This document shows positions 12,346 to 22,518 of a DNA stretch of 48,058 bases, in pieces. Source of the DNA: Octopus bimaculoides. Its lineage: Eukaryota. Under the pieces are notes generated by a model that was given only the letters and a program-made list of their open reading frames with translations, did not search any database and had not been told where the DNA came from. Within the stretch, counting starts at the first letter, position 1, and the number at the start of each line of letters is the position of its first letter. A program made the translations under genes and the position numbers. Location: contig NC_068986.1 in the NCBI RefSeq assembly GCF_001194135.2, forward strand, positions 71,168,833 through 71,216,890, in the 5' to 3' direction.

Positions 12346-12728
12346 AAGAGAGCCACAAAAATGCAATAAAAGATTTACTTAATTAAGCATGACACTATAT
12401 ATAGTAAAAACTACCAAGAATGTAGCATTTCCTCTATGTTCAGAAAAAAGACTCAATGAAATAACATCTTAATTATATTCTGTAACATATGATATACGGT
12501 AGAATGTGTTTGTACTATGTTTGAAATCTATGATATATGTTTCTATTGTATATATGGATATTTTGGCAGAGGAAAATTGCAAAATATTTTATATGAAACA
12601 CATATATATAAACCAAAAGAAATATATGAAGTGTATATATATTTAATAACGTTCGTATATTATGATACATATATGTTTCACTGTAACAGAGAAATATATA
12701 GGGTTTGTCATAATAATACCAATATTAT

Positions 12729-12780
12729 ATGCGTATGGAATGCGTGCTACATAGATTATTGACAACATATGCTATTTCTG
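12729..12780 (+). CDS. Candidate upstream (first) coding exon of the iGluR-like gene
   Basis: ATG...TCTG|GTaatt gives phase 1, joining as MRMECVLHRLLTTYAIS|ALVGEKG; 'YAISALV' could be the first ATD strand. The signal-peptide character is weak, and the true first exon could lie in a gap or upstream. Confidence 0.25.
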
Positions 12781-12881
12781 GTAATTAAGATTTTATCAGA
12801 TGGTGGTTAATATATGACGTGTTCTAAATATATTTCATACTAGCATCTACTTATTTCTTTTCAAATCATCGGTTTTCTAGA

Positions 12882-12883
<2 letters not shown>

Positions 12884-12970
<87 letters not shown>
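12884..12970. repeat. (TATC)n microsatellite running into a gap
   Basis: Direct inspection. Confidence 0.95.
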
Positions 12971-13225
12971 NNNNNNNNNNNNNNNNNNNNNNNNNNNNNN
13001 NNNNNNNNNNNNNNNNNNNNNNNNNNNNNNNNNNNNNNNNNNNNNNNNNNNNNNNNNNNNNNNNNNNNNNNNNNNNNNNNNNNNNNNNNNNNNNNNNNNN
13101 NNNNNNNNNNNNNNNNNNNNNNNNNNNNNNNNNNNNNNNNNNNNNNNNNNNNNNNNNNNNNNNNNNNNNNNNNNNNNNNNNNNNNNNNNNNNNNNNNNNN
13201 NNNNNNNNNNNNNNNNNNNNNNNNN

Positions 13226-13267
<42 letters not shown>

Positions 13268-13355
13268 CATATATAATATTAGGGAATACAATTCCAAAAC
13301 TTACAGGGAAAATTCAATTTAGCAATTCTAACTCAAATTTCCCAATATATAAATA

Positions 13356-13956
13356 CATATATAATTAAGAGAAAAACCAACTATTAACAAATTCAACGAT
13401 GAAAAATGTCATTCAAAACATCTAGAAAAATAAATATACCACAAAAGCCCTATTCCAAAAATAAATAAATTACATAATCAATAAATAGCAAATAATCTTA
13501 AAAGATTACGCGCGTTTCGTGGCTATATTTTAAAATTAACTTGGTTTCATCTAAAAATATAGCCACTCTTCAGGTCTATAAAAATTATAAGAATAAAAAA
13601 AATAATAATAAAATCAATGTACGTATCTAAACTTATAATAAAATATCAAATAAATATAGAATAACATTTTTTCACAATGAATAATCGAAACGTATTTAAT
13701 AACATTACTTAAAATGAAAACATTACTTATCGGAGAATTTCTATGAAACTAAAATTTTTAGATGGAATCAAATTAATTTTAAAATATAGCCACGAAACGC
13801 GCGTAGTCTTTTAATATTATTTGCTATTTATTGATAATATAATTTATTGATTTTCGGAATAGGGTTTTTGTGGCATATTTGTTTTTCTAGATGTTCTGAA
13901 TGACATTTTTCATCGTCGAATTTGTTAATAGTTGTTTTTTCTCTAAATCATATATG
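13356..13956. mobile_element. Foldback element: ~200-bp inverted arms ~13356-13558 / 13754-~13956 containing an HHR
   Basis: About 15 substitutions and no indels over ~190 nt by eye; the inversion junction falls inside HHR stem II. Confidence 0.9.
13503..13577 (-). ncRNA. Type I hammerhead ribozyme motif (PLE type)
   Basis: Minus strand: AGAC-CTGAAGA-[GTGGCTATATTTT...AAAATATAGCCAC, 13-bp perfect stem II]-GAA-ACGCGCGT-A-ATCT. The inverted copy reads GTCT at 13806-13809, which restores perfect stem I pairing. Confidence 0.85.
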
Positions 13957-14353
13957 GCTCAGCGGTTTTCACAGAATTGTGGATGACTTGTTGATATGAT
14001 GGGAATAAAATGCAGCAAGGTGATTTGGTGTTTGCGTGAGTTTTCTTGTATGTGTGTATTGGTGTGGGGTTGTAAATATATTGTTTTGGAAACAAAATGG
14101 CTGGACAATGTAGGGATAGAAAACAAAATACTGAGCTCTTCTCGTTAGTGGTCCGTGTGCGAACTGAAAGAAAAGTAATGAGCCGCTGGAAAATAACGAT
14201 ATGGGATGTTAAGTCGTCGGCTCTAATTGACTACGGATGCGTGCGCGAATGTTATGCGTATATCTATGCATGCGCGCGCGTGTGTGTGCGTGTATACATA
14301 TCAGTGTGTGATAAGTATAACGTTTATACCATCTCGTATTTTATACTTGCCAG

Positions 14354-14524
14354 CTTTAGTTGGTGAAAAAGGACATGTGGAATTAGATTTCTTTCGAGAT
14401 GCTGCTGAAATTTTGCTCAGAAACACAACAGAATATGAAGAGCAAGAAAACTGTACTATTGAATTTATACCTTTGGAGTTCGATTTAAATAACGCCTCCA
14501 ATGTACTACAGAATCTTACATATG
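14354..14524 (+). CDS. iGluR/IR-like gene, first confidently identified coding exon (start of amino-terminal domain)
   Basis: cttgccAG|CT...TATG|GTaaaa; phase 1-1; encodes (A)LVGEKGHVELDFFRDAAEILLRNTTEYEEQENCTIEFIPLEFDLNNASNVLQNLTY with four N-glycosylation sequons (NTT, NCT, NAS, NLT); joins in frame to the next exon. Confidence 0.85.
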
Positions 14525-14555
14525 GTAAAATTTTACTATCTTGTTAATATTTTAT

Positions 14556-14558
<3 letters not shown>

Positions 14559-14622
<64 letters not shown>
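14559..14622. repeat. (AAT)n microsatellite, 35 nt downstream of the exon donor
   Basis: Direct inspection. Confidence 0.95.
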
Positions 14623-14837
14623 TTCATTAAAAAAATCTATTTAATTAAGAACAATAGTTCTATTTGAAATATTCTTTGTTTTGTANNNNNNNNNNNNNNN
14701 NNNNNNNNNNNNNNNNNNNNNNNNNNNNNNNNNNNNNNNNNNNNNNNNNNNNNNNNNNNNNNNNNNNNNNNNNNNNNNNNNNNNNNNNNNNNNNNNNNNN
14801 NNNNNNNNNNNNNNNNNNNNNNNNNNNNNNNNNNNNN

Positions 14838-14893
<56 letters not shown>

Positions 14894-15163
14894 GTGTGTG
14901 TATGTATGTATATATATATAGTAAATTCGAGTAATCAGGTTCTGATTAGAGATTAAATAATCCCAAAACTTCATTGTTTAATCACTATCATATAGGAAGA
15001 AAGTCTTGAAGATATGTTAGGGATTATTATATCAAAACATATTGTCAATAATGAAAGAAAGAAAATGGAGAATTTATATATTATGAGATTGAATTTGTTT
15101 TTTGTTAAAACAATACAAGTAAGTTATCAATTATAAAGCTCAGAAAAAGAAATGGCGGATGCC

Positions 15164-15291
15164 AAAGACCTACATATATGTTTCGATTCATGCCCCTAGG
15201 CGATTCGTAAGTCTAAGCATTTGAGTAGGGTTAAATGTTAAAAATTGCTCATCATTTTCAACTATGTGGGGCACAATCTCATCGGGGTTTT
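15164..15291 (-). ncRNA. Degenerate hammerhead motif with an expanded stem II loop (left arm copy)
   Basis: Minus strand: AAAACC-CCGATGA-[GATT-GTGCCCC...~70 nt...GGGGCATGAATC]-GAA-ACATATATGT-A-GGTCTTT. U4>C substitution in the core. Confidence 0.6.
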
Positions 15292-15770
15292 ATGAGCGTA
15301 CATATCTTAACGGTCAGATATTTCAAACTTTTGTCTATACTTGATTTTGTATATGACACAATATGATGTGAACGCTAGCCATCCACATATATTCTGAACT
15401 GTATCAATTACCAAACCAATGAAAATAATTCATTTATAACGGTCGGCTAATTATTTTTTTTACTATCTAGCTTATCCTTCATTTATTTTATTATATAATT
15501 TTTCTTCCCTTGTATTTTTAAGTATTGTTCTTTCCTTTTATTTAAATTTATATATTATATATTCTACATGCATTTATATTTTTCTTTAATTTTATCTTTT
15601 CTCTTCTTACTTTACCTTTTTATTTTATGTCATTTTATTTTATTTTATCTTCACTTACATGGATAATTCACTAGTTAAATGCATACGCATAATATATATG
15701 ATCTAACTTTTTAAACTACTTAGTAATTCGTCTGAATCCTTTCAAGAAATATGATAACCTTTGTTATCAT

Positions 15771-15897
15771 AAAGCCCTGTTGAAATTCTGCCCCACATAG
15801 TTGAAAATGATATCTAATTCTTAAGATTTGACCCTACTCAAATGCTTGGAATTAAGAATCACTTAGGGTATGAATAGAAACATATATGTAGGTCTTT
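15771..15897 (+). ncRNA. Degenerate hammerhead motif with an expanded stem II loop (right arm copy)
   Basis: AAAGCC-CTGTTGA-[AATTCTGCCCC...AGGGTATGAATA]-GAA-ACATATATGT-A-GGTCTTT. A6>U substitution in the core and a broken stem II closing pair. Confidence 0.55.
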
Positions 15898-16924
15898 GGC
15901 ATTTGCCATTTCTCCTTTTTGAGCTTTATGATTTATAATTTATTCGTATTGTTTTTATAAAAAAATTTAAACCTCATAATATCAAACAAATAAATCAATT
16001 ATACATTCATAATTCTCCATTTTCTTTCTTTCATTATTAACANNNNNNNNNNNNNNNNNNNNNNNNNNNNNNNNNNNNNNNNNNNNNNNNNNNNNNNNNN
16101 NNNNNNNNNNNNNNNNNNNNNNNNNNNNNNNNNNNNNNNNNNNNNNNNNNNNNNNNNNNNNNNNNNNNNNNNNNNNNNNNNNNNNNNNNNNNNNNNNNNN
16201 NNNNNNNNNNNNNNNNNNNNNNNNNNNNNNNNNNNNNNNNNNNNNNNNNNNNNNNNNNNNNNNNNNNNNNNNNNNNNNNNNNNNNNNNNNNNNNNNNNNN
16301 NNNNNNNNNNNNNNNNNNNNNNNNNNNNNNNNNNNNNNNNNNNNNNNNNNNNNNNNNNNNNNNNNNNNNNNNNNNNNNNNNNNNNNNNNNNNNNNNNNNN
16401 NNNNNNNNNNNNNNNNNNNNNNNNNNNNNNNNNNNNNNNNNNNNNNNNNNNNNNNNNNNNNNNNNNNNNNNNNNNNNNNNNNNNNNNNNNNNNNNNNNNN
16501 NNNNNNNNNNNNNNNNNNNNNNNNNNNNNNNNNNNNNNNNNNNNNNNNNNNNNNNNNNNNNNNNNNNNNNNNNNNNNNNNNNNNNNNNNNNNNNNNNNNN
16601 NNNNNNNNNNNNNNNNNNNNNNNNNNNNNNNNNNNNNNNNNNNNNNNNNNNNNNNNNNNNNNNNNNNNNNNNNNNNNNNNNNNNNNNNNNNNNNNNNNNN
16701 NNNNNNNNNNNNNNNNNNNNNNNNNNNNNNNNNNNNNNNNNNNNNNNNNNNNNNNNNNNNNNNNNNNNNNNNNNNNNNNNNNNNNNNNNNNNNNNNNNNN
16801 NNNNNNNNNNNNNNNNNNNNNNNNNNNNNNNNNNNNNNNNNNNNNNNNNNNNNNNNNNNNNNNNNTATATATATATATATATATGTCTGTATGTCGTATA
16901 TCTGTCCCAATATTTTTATCACAG

Positions 16925-17173
16925 CACGTAAACTCTTCGGGCACAACCAAGTGGATGTTGCCATAGGTCCATTTATTGACCATTTCACTTCACCAAACTA
17001 CGTTATTGAGGAACCAACATGTCATTATCTAACAACATCATCAGCTTATGTTCGCAAGTCCGAAAACAAAGACCGCATCCGTACATTACTTCCGGATTTA
17101 GAAGATTTTTCGACTGCAGTGGCCAAAGTGATGGAGAAACTTGGATGGCAGCAAGTTGTCTTTTTGTCCGATG
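16925..17173 (+). CDS. iGluR/IR-like exon (ATD)
   Basis: tttttatcacAG|CA...GATG|GTtagt; phase 1-1; ARKLFGHNQVDVAIGPF...RTLLPDLEDFSTAVAKVMEKLGWQQVVFLSD matches the iGluR ATD pattern 'V.AI.GP ... P......A......W..V..L.D'. Confidence 0.92.
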
Positions 17174-17217
17174 GTTAGTGTAACTTTGTGTTTCTAATTC
17201 ACAAAAATATATTTTAT

Positions 17218-17641
17218 CTTTTATTTGTTTCGGTCATTGGAATGCATATATAGTGTGGCACCGCTTTGAATGGTTTAGACCAGGGGTGCTCAACCATTTT
17301 CATCTTTTGGCCCCTTTGATTACTATTTTATTCTGGTTGACCCCCATAGCCATTTGATGTTTAAAAATTGGTTTTAAATTCTTGCTTTGTTTTTCACACA
17401 TTAAATTGTGTGTGCTGAACTATGTAAAATGTTAGAGAAAGAATCCTAGCAGTTTCTTGCAATATATACCAATACATACATCTAAAGCAAAAGTTTTTCA
17501 GGTGCTGCTAAAATACTATTGTGGTTCCTCAATTTACTATTTTGTCACGTTGACTACCCCTCAGGGTCCACAGGGACCCTGTTGAGAACCACTAGTTTAG
17601 ACGAAAAAATCAACCGTAGAACTTATATTTAAGCCTGCTAC
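17218..17641 (-). mobile_element. SINE 3' segment interrupted by the hAT MITE
   Basis: ttttatttgtttcggtcatt...caccgctttgaa to the left and aaatcaacc...acttat...aagcctgctac to the right are the reverse complement of the SINE tail seen at 45030-45130. Confidence 0.6.
17281..17594. mobile_element. hAT (Charlie-like) MITE, 314 bp, with a perfect 8-bp TSD
   Basis: TIRs CAGGGGTGCTCAAC / GTTGAGAACCACTA; TSD GTTTAGAC at 17273-17280 and 17595-17602, close to the Charlie NTCTAGAN target. Confidence 0.88.
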
Positions 17642-18369
17642 NNNNNNNNNNNNNNNNNNNNNNNNNNNNNNNNNNNNNNNNNNNNNNNNNNNNNNNNNNN
17701 NNNNNNNNNNNNNNNNNNNNNNNNNNNNNNNNNNNNNNNNNNNNNNNNNNNNNNNNNNNNNNNNNNNNNNNNNNNNNNNNNNNNNNNNNNNNNNNNNNNN
17801 NNNNNNNNNNNNNNNNNNNNNNNNNNNNNNNNNNNNNNNNNNNNNNNNNNNNNNNNNNNNNNNNNNNNNNNNNNNNNNNNNNNNNNNNNNNNNNNNNNNN
17901 NNNNNNNNNNNNNNNNNNNNNNNNNNNNNNNNNNNNNNNNNNNNNNNNNNNNNNNNNNNNNNNNNNNNNNNNNNNNNNNNNNNNNNNNNNNNNNNNNNNN
18001 NNNNNNNNNNNNNNNNNNNNNNNNNNNNNNNNNNNNNNNNNNNNNNNNNNNNNNNNNNNNNNNNNNNNNNNNNNNNNNNNNNNNNNNNNNNNNNNNNNNN
18101 NNNNNNNNNNNNNNNNNNNNNNNNNNNNNNNNNNNNNNNNNNNNNNNNNNNNNNNNNNNNNNNNNNNNNNNNNNNNNNNNNNNNNNNNNNNNNNNNNNNN
18201 NNNNNNNNNNNNNNNNNNNNNNNNNNNNNNNNNNNNNNNNNNNNNNNNNNNNNNNNNNNNNNNNNNNNNNNNNNNNNNNNNNNNNNNNNNNNNNNNNNNN
18301 NNNNNNNNNNNNNNNNNNNNNNNNNNNNNNNNNNNNNNNNNNNNNNNNNNNNNNNNNNNNNNNNNNNNN

Positions 18370-18370
<1 letters not shown>

Positions 18371-18415
<45 letters not shown>

Positions 18416-18424
18416 CGTCCGTCC

Positions 18425-18493
<69 letters not shown>
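18371..18493. repeat. (CTGT)n/(CTAT)n microsatellite emerging from a gap
   Basis: Direct inspection. Confidence 0.95.
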
Positions 18494-18494
<1 letters not shown>

Positions 18495-18500
18495 GTGATC

Positions 18501-18616
18501 AGCTTCTTTCAGTTTCAGTCTATCAAATCACAAGACTTTATCATTCCTAAGTGTCACGCAACGGGACTGAATCCGGAACCATGGGACCGGGAAGCAAACT
18601 TTTTACCACACAGCCG
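18501..18616 (-). mobile_element. SINE family A, 5' half (internally deleted)
   Basis: agcttctttcagtttc..gggactgaatccggaaccatg..taccacacagcc. Confidence 0.7.
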
Positions 18617-19093
18617 TTTGCATTTTTCTTAAGTTTGAATTTCCTCGATTTCTCCCACTGTATTTGAAATATGCGATCTCAGTTCTGTCTATATGACCAC
18701 AAGAAAATTGTCAAAATGAGATAGATTTAACGAAGTTTGCTTCCCAACCGCATCGTTTTGTGTTCTGACCTACTGCCTGGTACCTTCGGAAAGTGTGTAT
18801 GTCGATGGTTCGATCAAAAACCGTTGGCGAATTTGATTGACGGGAATTGAAAGAAGCCAGAAATATATGCATGTGCATGTTTGTGTCTGTCTCGAGCATA
18901 TATGTTTGCATAATATATGTTTGTGTATTTATGCGTGTTTGCCTGCATACATCTGTACATGTATGACAAAGTTCAGAATATTTTAAGATCTTTAAAATAT
19001 AAAATGTAGCTATTCTGTTTGAATTCCGTTTTATCCTTATTATTTTATATATATCTGAACAAATGTTTAAAATGTACGTCTTTATTTTCCCAG

Positions 19094-19287
19094 ATGACTT
19101 TTCACCTATTTTAAAGCTTCGGGAATCGAATATATTGGTGAATCCAATTTTGTTGCCATCAATGCATCATCTGGGCAGTGGCCATGATCCACTTTATGAA
19201 ACACTTCGCACGTTAAGAAGTTCGGAATGGCCTAATTTTGTCTTGCATTCTAGCAATTTAGGTATTGTCAGGAAAGTGTTGAAAAAG
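19094..19287 (+). CDS. iGluR/IR-like exon (ATD)
   Basis: tttattttcccAG|AT...AAG|GTaaaa; phase 1-0; DDFSPILKLRESNILVNPILLPSMHHLGSGHDPLYETLRTLRSSEWPNFVLHSSNLGIVRKVLKK. Confidence 0.9.
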
Positions 19288-19593
19288 GTAAAAAGACTTT
19301 GCACTTTACATTCACCATTGTTTGATGCCATCCTCGCATAGATGTTGTACGACATAATGCTTTTTATTTTTAGTTGATACTTGTAACCAGAAGCTATTAT
19401 TGCAAGCAATGATATGAAATATGATAAAAGTTTGAGTACTGTACTTTGACATACAAATATGGTAGAAACACATCAGCTGAAGCTGATATTATTAATTAAG
19501 AGAGTACGGAGAATTAGAGAATTTGAAAATTCTCGTTTCATAGTATCAGTTTTGATTACTTGGTTAAAATATGCTTATAGGAAAGGGCTCAAA

Positions 19594-19936
19594 TCTATAT
19601 ACATAAATGTGTAATGGTGCCTGTCTGTGTGTTTGGGGTTACTCTAACTCCTCCCACACCATCCAAACGATTTTAATGATTTTTGGCACATAGGTAGATA
19701 ACATGCCCTGAAGTTAAAATAAGGCCGGAATTTTTCGAAAACTCAATAATCCTCAGTTGGCATCGATTTTTGTGAGCTCAATCGGGCGTTTGAATGGCAA
19801 TTCCCATAACGATGTTATTTTTTCCTTCTTAATGGGTAATAGTTGGCACGAGAAACGTAGAAGATTTCAATACAAGGTCAGATGTGGGCTTCACTTCAAC
19901 ACGGAAAACACGAGCAACGCCGAGTCCAACAGCTAG
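19594..19936 (+). mobile_element. Non-autonomous Helitron, 343 bp
   Basis: A|TCTATATACATAAA 5' end; ...GAGCAACGCCGAG...CAGCTAG|T 3' end; insertion between A and T with no TSD. Confidence 0.75.
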
Positions 19937-19988
19937 TTATACATAATTTAAGAAGTTATAGTTGATTTAGGAAAATTATTTATTAATA

Positions 19989-20190
19989 CAAATGCAGCGT
20001 GGAAGGTGTTTATAAGCCATTTAAAAAAAGCAGAAAAACCGTTAGATATGGAATTTTATCAGTGAACAGGTCGTGGTCTCAAAGCGACGAAAATATTTTG
20101 GCAAATTAAATTTAAATGTTGAAGTGAATCAAACGCTTCTTGTGTGTGTGTGCTTTAAATGGCTTATAAACACCTTCCACGTTGCAATTG
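19989..20190. repeat. 37-bp inverted repeat pair (19989-20025 / 20154-20190)
   Basis: tgcagcgtggaaggtgtttataagccatttaaa vs tttaaatggcttataaacaccttccacgttgca, one mismatch in 33 nt; an adjacent hairpin ACCTGATC-tca-GATCAGGT lies at about 20204-20222. Confidence 0.8.
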
Positions 20191-20754
20191 TTTTTGTTTC
20201 AGCACCTGATCTCAGATCAGGTCACTTGTTATGCAAGTATATCTCCGTAATATTTATTAATCATTTACGAAGTAACATGAGAAAAATAAGCTGTCATAAT
20301 GCTAATACAGTGGAATACTAAGATTATTCCATGTAAAGTGAAACACGGACTCAAATATATATGTTTACANNNNNNNNNNNNNNNNNNNNNNNNNNNNNNN
20401 NNNNNNNNNNNNNNNNNNNNNNNNNNNNNNNNNNNNNNNNNNNNNNNNNNNNNNNNNNNNNNNNNNNNNNNNNNNNNNNNNNNNNNNNNNNNNNNNNNNN
20501 NNNNNNNNNNNNNNNNNNNNNNNNNNNNNNNNNNNNNNNNNNNNNNNNNNNNNNNNNNNNNNNNNNNNNNNNNNNNNNNNNNNNNNNNNNNNNNNNNNNN
20601 NNNNNNNNNNNNNNNNNNNNNNNNNNNNNNNNNNNNNNNNNNNNNNNNNNNNNNNNNNNNNNNNNNNNNNNNNNNNNNNNNNNNNNNNNNNNNNNNNTAT
20701 AATAACCATGCTCTCTGACTCTTTAACTCTTTCTCCTTTCCTTGTGGCCCCTTG

Positions 20755-22070
20755 AAACTTCTCTCCACTCTTGATACCAAGAGTCTAAATACGGTGATCC
20801 CATACAATGAAGGACTTCTTGCATTGAAACACTTTCTGGACCTTCGACCAACCCCCCTCGCCAACCTGACACCTCCATACTGCTTAATCAGGCTGGACTT
20901 GTTCTCTCCCTTAACTGCTTCTCGTTCTTGAGAGTGGCATGGGCACGACAATGGACCCCAATTATGCGAATCTGTTCGTTAGTTACGATGAGGCCCAAAT
21001 ATTCTCACGATTCACTGGTCCCTACCCCGAACTATACGGTCGTTATATTGGTGTGACCTCAGTCCCCTGCGAACAACTAGGCTCCTTCCTCTTTTTTGTC
21101 CAGTCCTTCCATCTTGCCCTCGAATTCTCCTGCACTATTTCTAACTCTCCCATCGTATTTCTCGAAATTTCTGTCAGTATACACCACCCCGCCCTCACTA
21201 CCTCCATCCATTACAAACACACCAACTCACACTCATACCCTTATTGTTCCTCCTCCCACCCTACCTACACCAAGCTCTCCATCCCCTATTCCCAATTCCT
21301 CTGTCTGCGCAGGCTCTGCAGTGACAACCATGACTTTGAGACTCAGTTTCAACTCATGGCTCGCCACTTCATCCTTCGTGGATATCCCCGCCCCACTATC
21401 CACACTGCCCTTGCCAGGGCACACTTCCGTGGACCGTGCCTCTACTTTTTCTTCCCGCCCCCGCCCCTGCCGTTGCCCGTCTCCCGTTTCCCCTCACCTA
21501 CCCCTCGAATGCACCGTTCTAAGCCTTCCGGCGACTCCAGTCCGACCCCTCAACCTCGCACATCTTCCCCATCCTACCCCTTCCCACCTTCAAACGAGCC
21601 TACAACCTGCGTGACTTCATGGTCCACAGTTTCTTCCTAATCCCACCTCGCACCCTGTCTCGTTCCCCTGCTCCCCTCCACGCTGCCGTACTTACCCCTA
21701 CCTCTCCAACACCACCATCCTCACAGACACCTATCATCGTCCATATCACATTACCGACTGCTTGCACTTCCAGTAACGTCATTTACTGCCTCTGCTCTTG
21801 CTGCCTTTCCCTGTACATCGGACAAATGGGACGCAGCTTGGCTAACCGGTTCGCAAACACCTCCGAGACATCAGACTCGGAAATGGCATCCCGGTCTCGC
21901 GCCATTTCCGCTCTACCGATCATTCACTACAACAAATGCCTGTGTTCGGACTGTCTTTGCGCAGGGGTCATCCAGACTCCCGCCTTCGCTGTGAACAGAA
22001 ATTAATCTCTCTTCGCTCCTCTGCACCACATGGGCTCAACTCCTCTGCACCACATGGGCTCAACTCCTCT
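20755..22070 (+). mobile_element. Penelope-like element (Neptune/Poseidon type) RT + GIY-YIG pseudogene
   Basis: MGTTMDPNYANLF, GRYI(DD deleted), FLEISVSI, SSSHPTYTKLSIPYSQFLCLRRLCSD, RGYP, then CTSSNVIYCLCSCCLSLYIGQMGRSLANRF (GIY-YIG); frameshifts present. Confidence 0.92.
22016..22070. repeat. 24-bp tandem duplication at the end of the PLE ORF
   Basis: CTCCTCTGCACCACATGGGCTCAA x2 + CTCCTCT. Confidence 0.9.
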
Positions 22071-22208
22071 CCTCTCTTCATCTGACTCTCCCCTCCTCTC
22101 CTCATCTGACTCCCCTGCTTTCTTCATCAGACACTTACTTCCTGTCTTATATCATTCCCACCCCTACTCCCACATATTGTGTGTATATGTAATGTTATAA
22201 TTATCTAT

Positions 22209-22256
<48 letters not shown>

Positions 22257-22434
22257 TATTACAAATTTGGGATATTTACCAATAGATAATCAACACCTAT
22301 TTCAGGATAACCTCATGGTATGGTATACACAATGAAAATTATATCAAATAAAATAATTAAAATAGCATACAATGAAATAAGTTAAATAAATACATCCTGT
22401 TATTAATCTGTGGGGAAAGAAGGTAGTACAAGTA

Positions 22435-22518
22435 ATCGCTACATGTGTTTCTGCGCTGGTGGGGTGTGTATTAAGGCTATACTTAATATATAAATCCACC
22501 AGTGCGTTCTCAGGCCAT
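22435..22518 (-). ncRNA. Degenerate hammerhead motif downstream of a Penelope-like ORF
   Basis: Minus strand: ATGGC-CTGAGAA-[CGCACTGGTGG...CCACCAGCGCA]-GAA-ACACATGT-A-GCGAT. One nucleotide is missing from CUGANGA and stem I has one mismatch. Confidence 0.55.

Larger units (their letters stand above)
15043..16042. mobile_element. Foldback element: ~250-275-bp inverted arms 15043-~15295 / ~15766-16042, each carrying an HHR remnant
   Basis: aataatgaaagaaagaaaatggagaatt vs aattctccattttctttctttcattatt; ccaaagacctacatatatgtttc vs gaaacatatatgtaggtctttgg. The right arm runs into an N gap. Confidence 0.85.

Noticed and set aside
14097-14353. ORFs 14097-14366 and the 5' part of 14227-14547 as the gene start
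   Set aside because: No signal peptide, GT/CA-repeat-derived codons and no phase-1 donor; treated as intron.
4027-22518. Apparent antisense bias of intact hammerheads relative to the host gene
   Set aside because: Five minus versus two plus motifs is too few, one plus copy is nearly intact, and the gene's 5' boundary is unknown.
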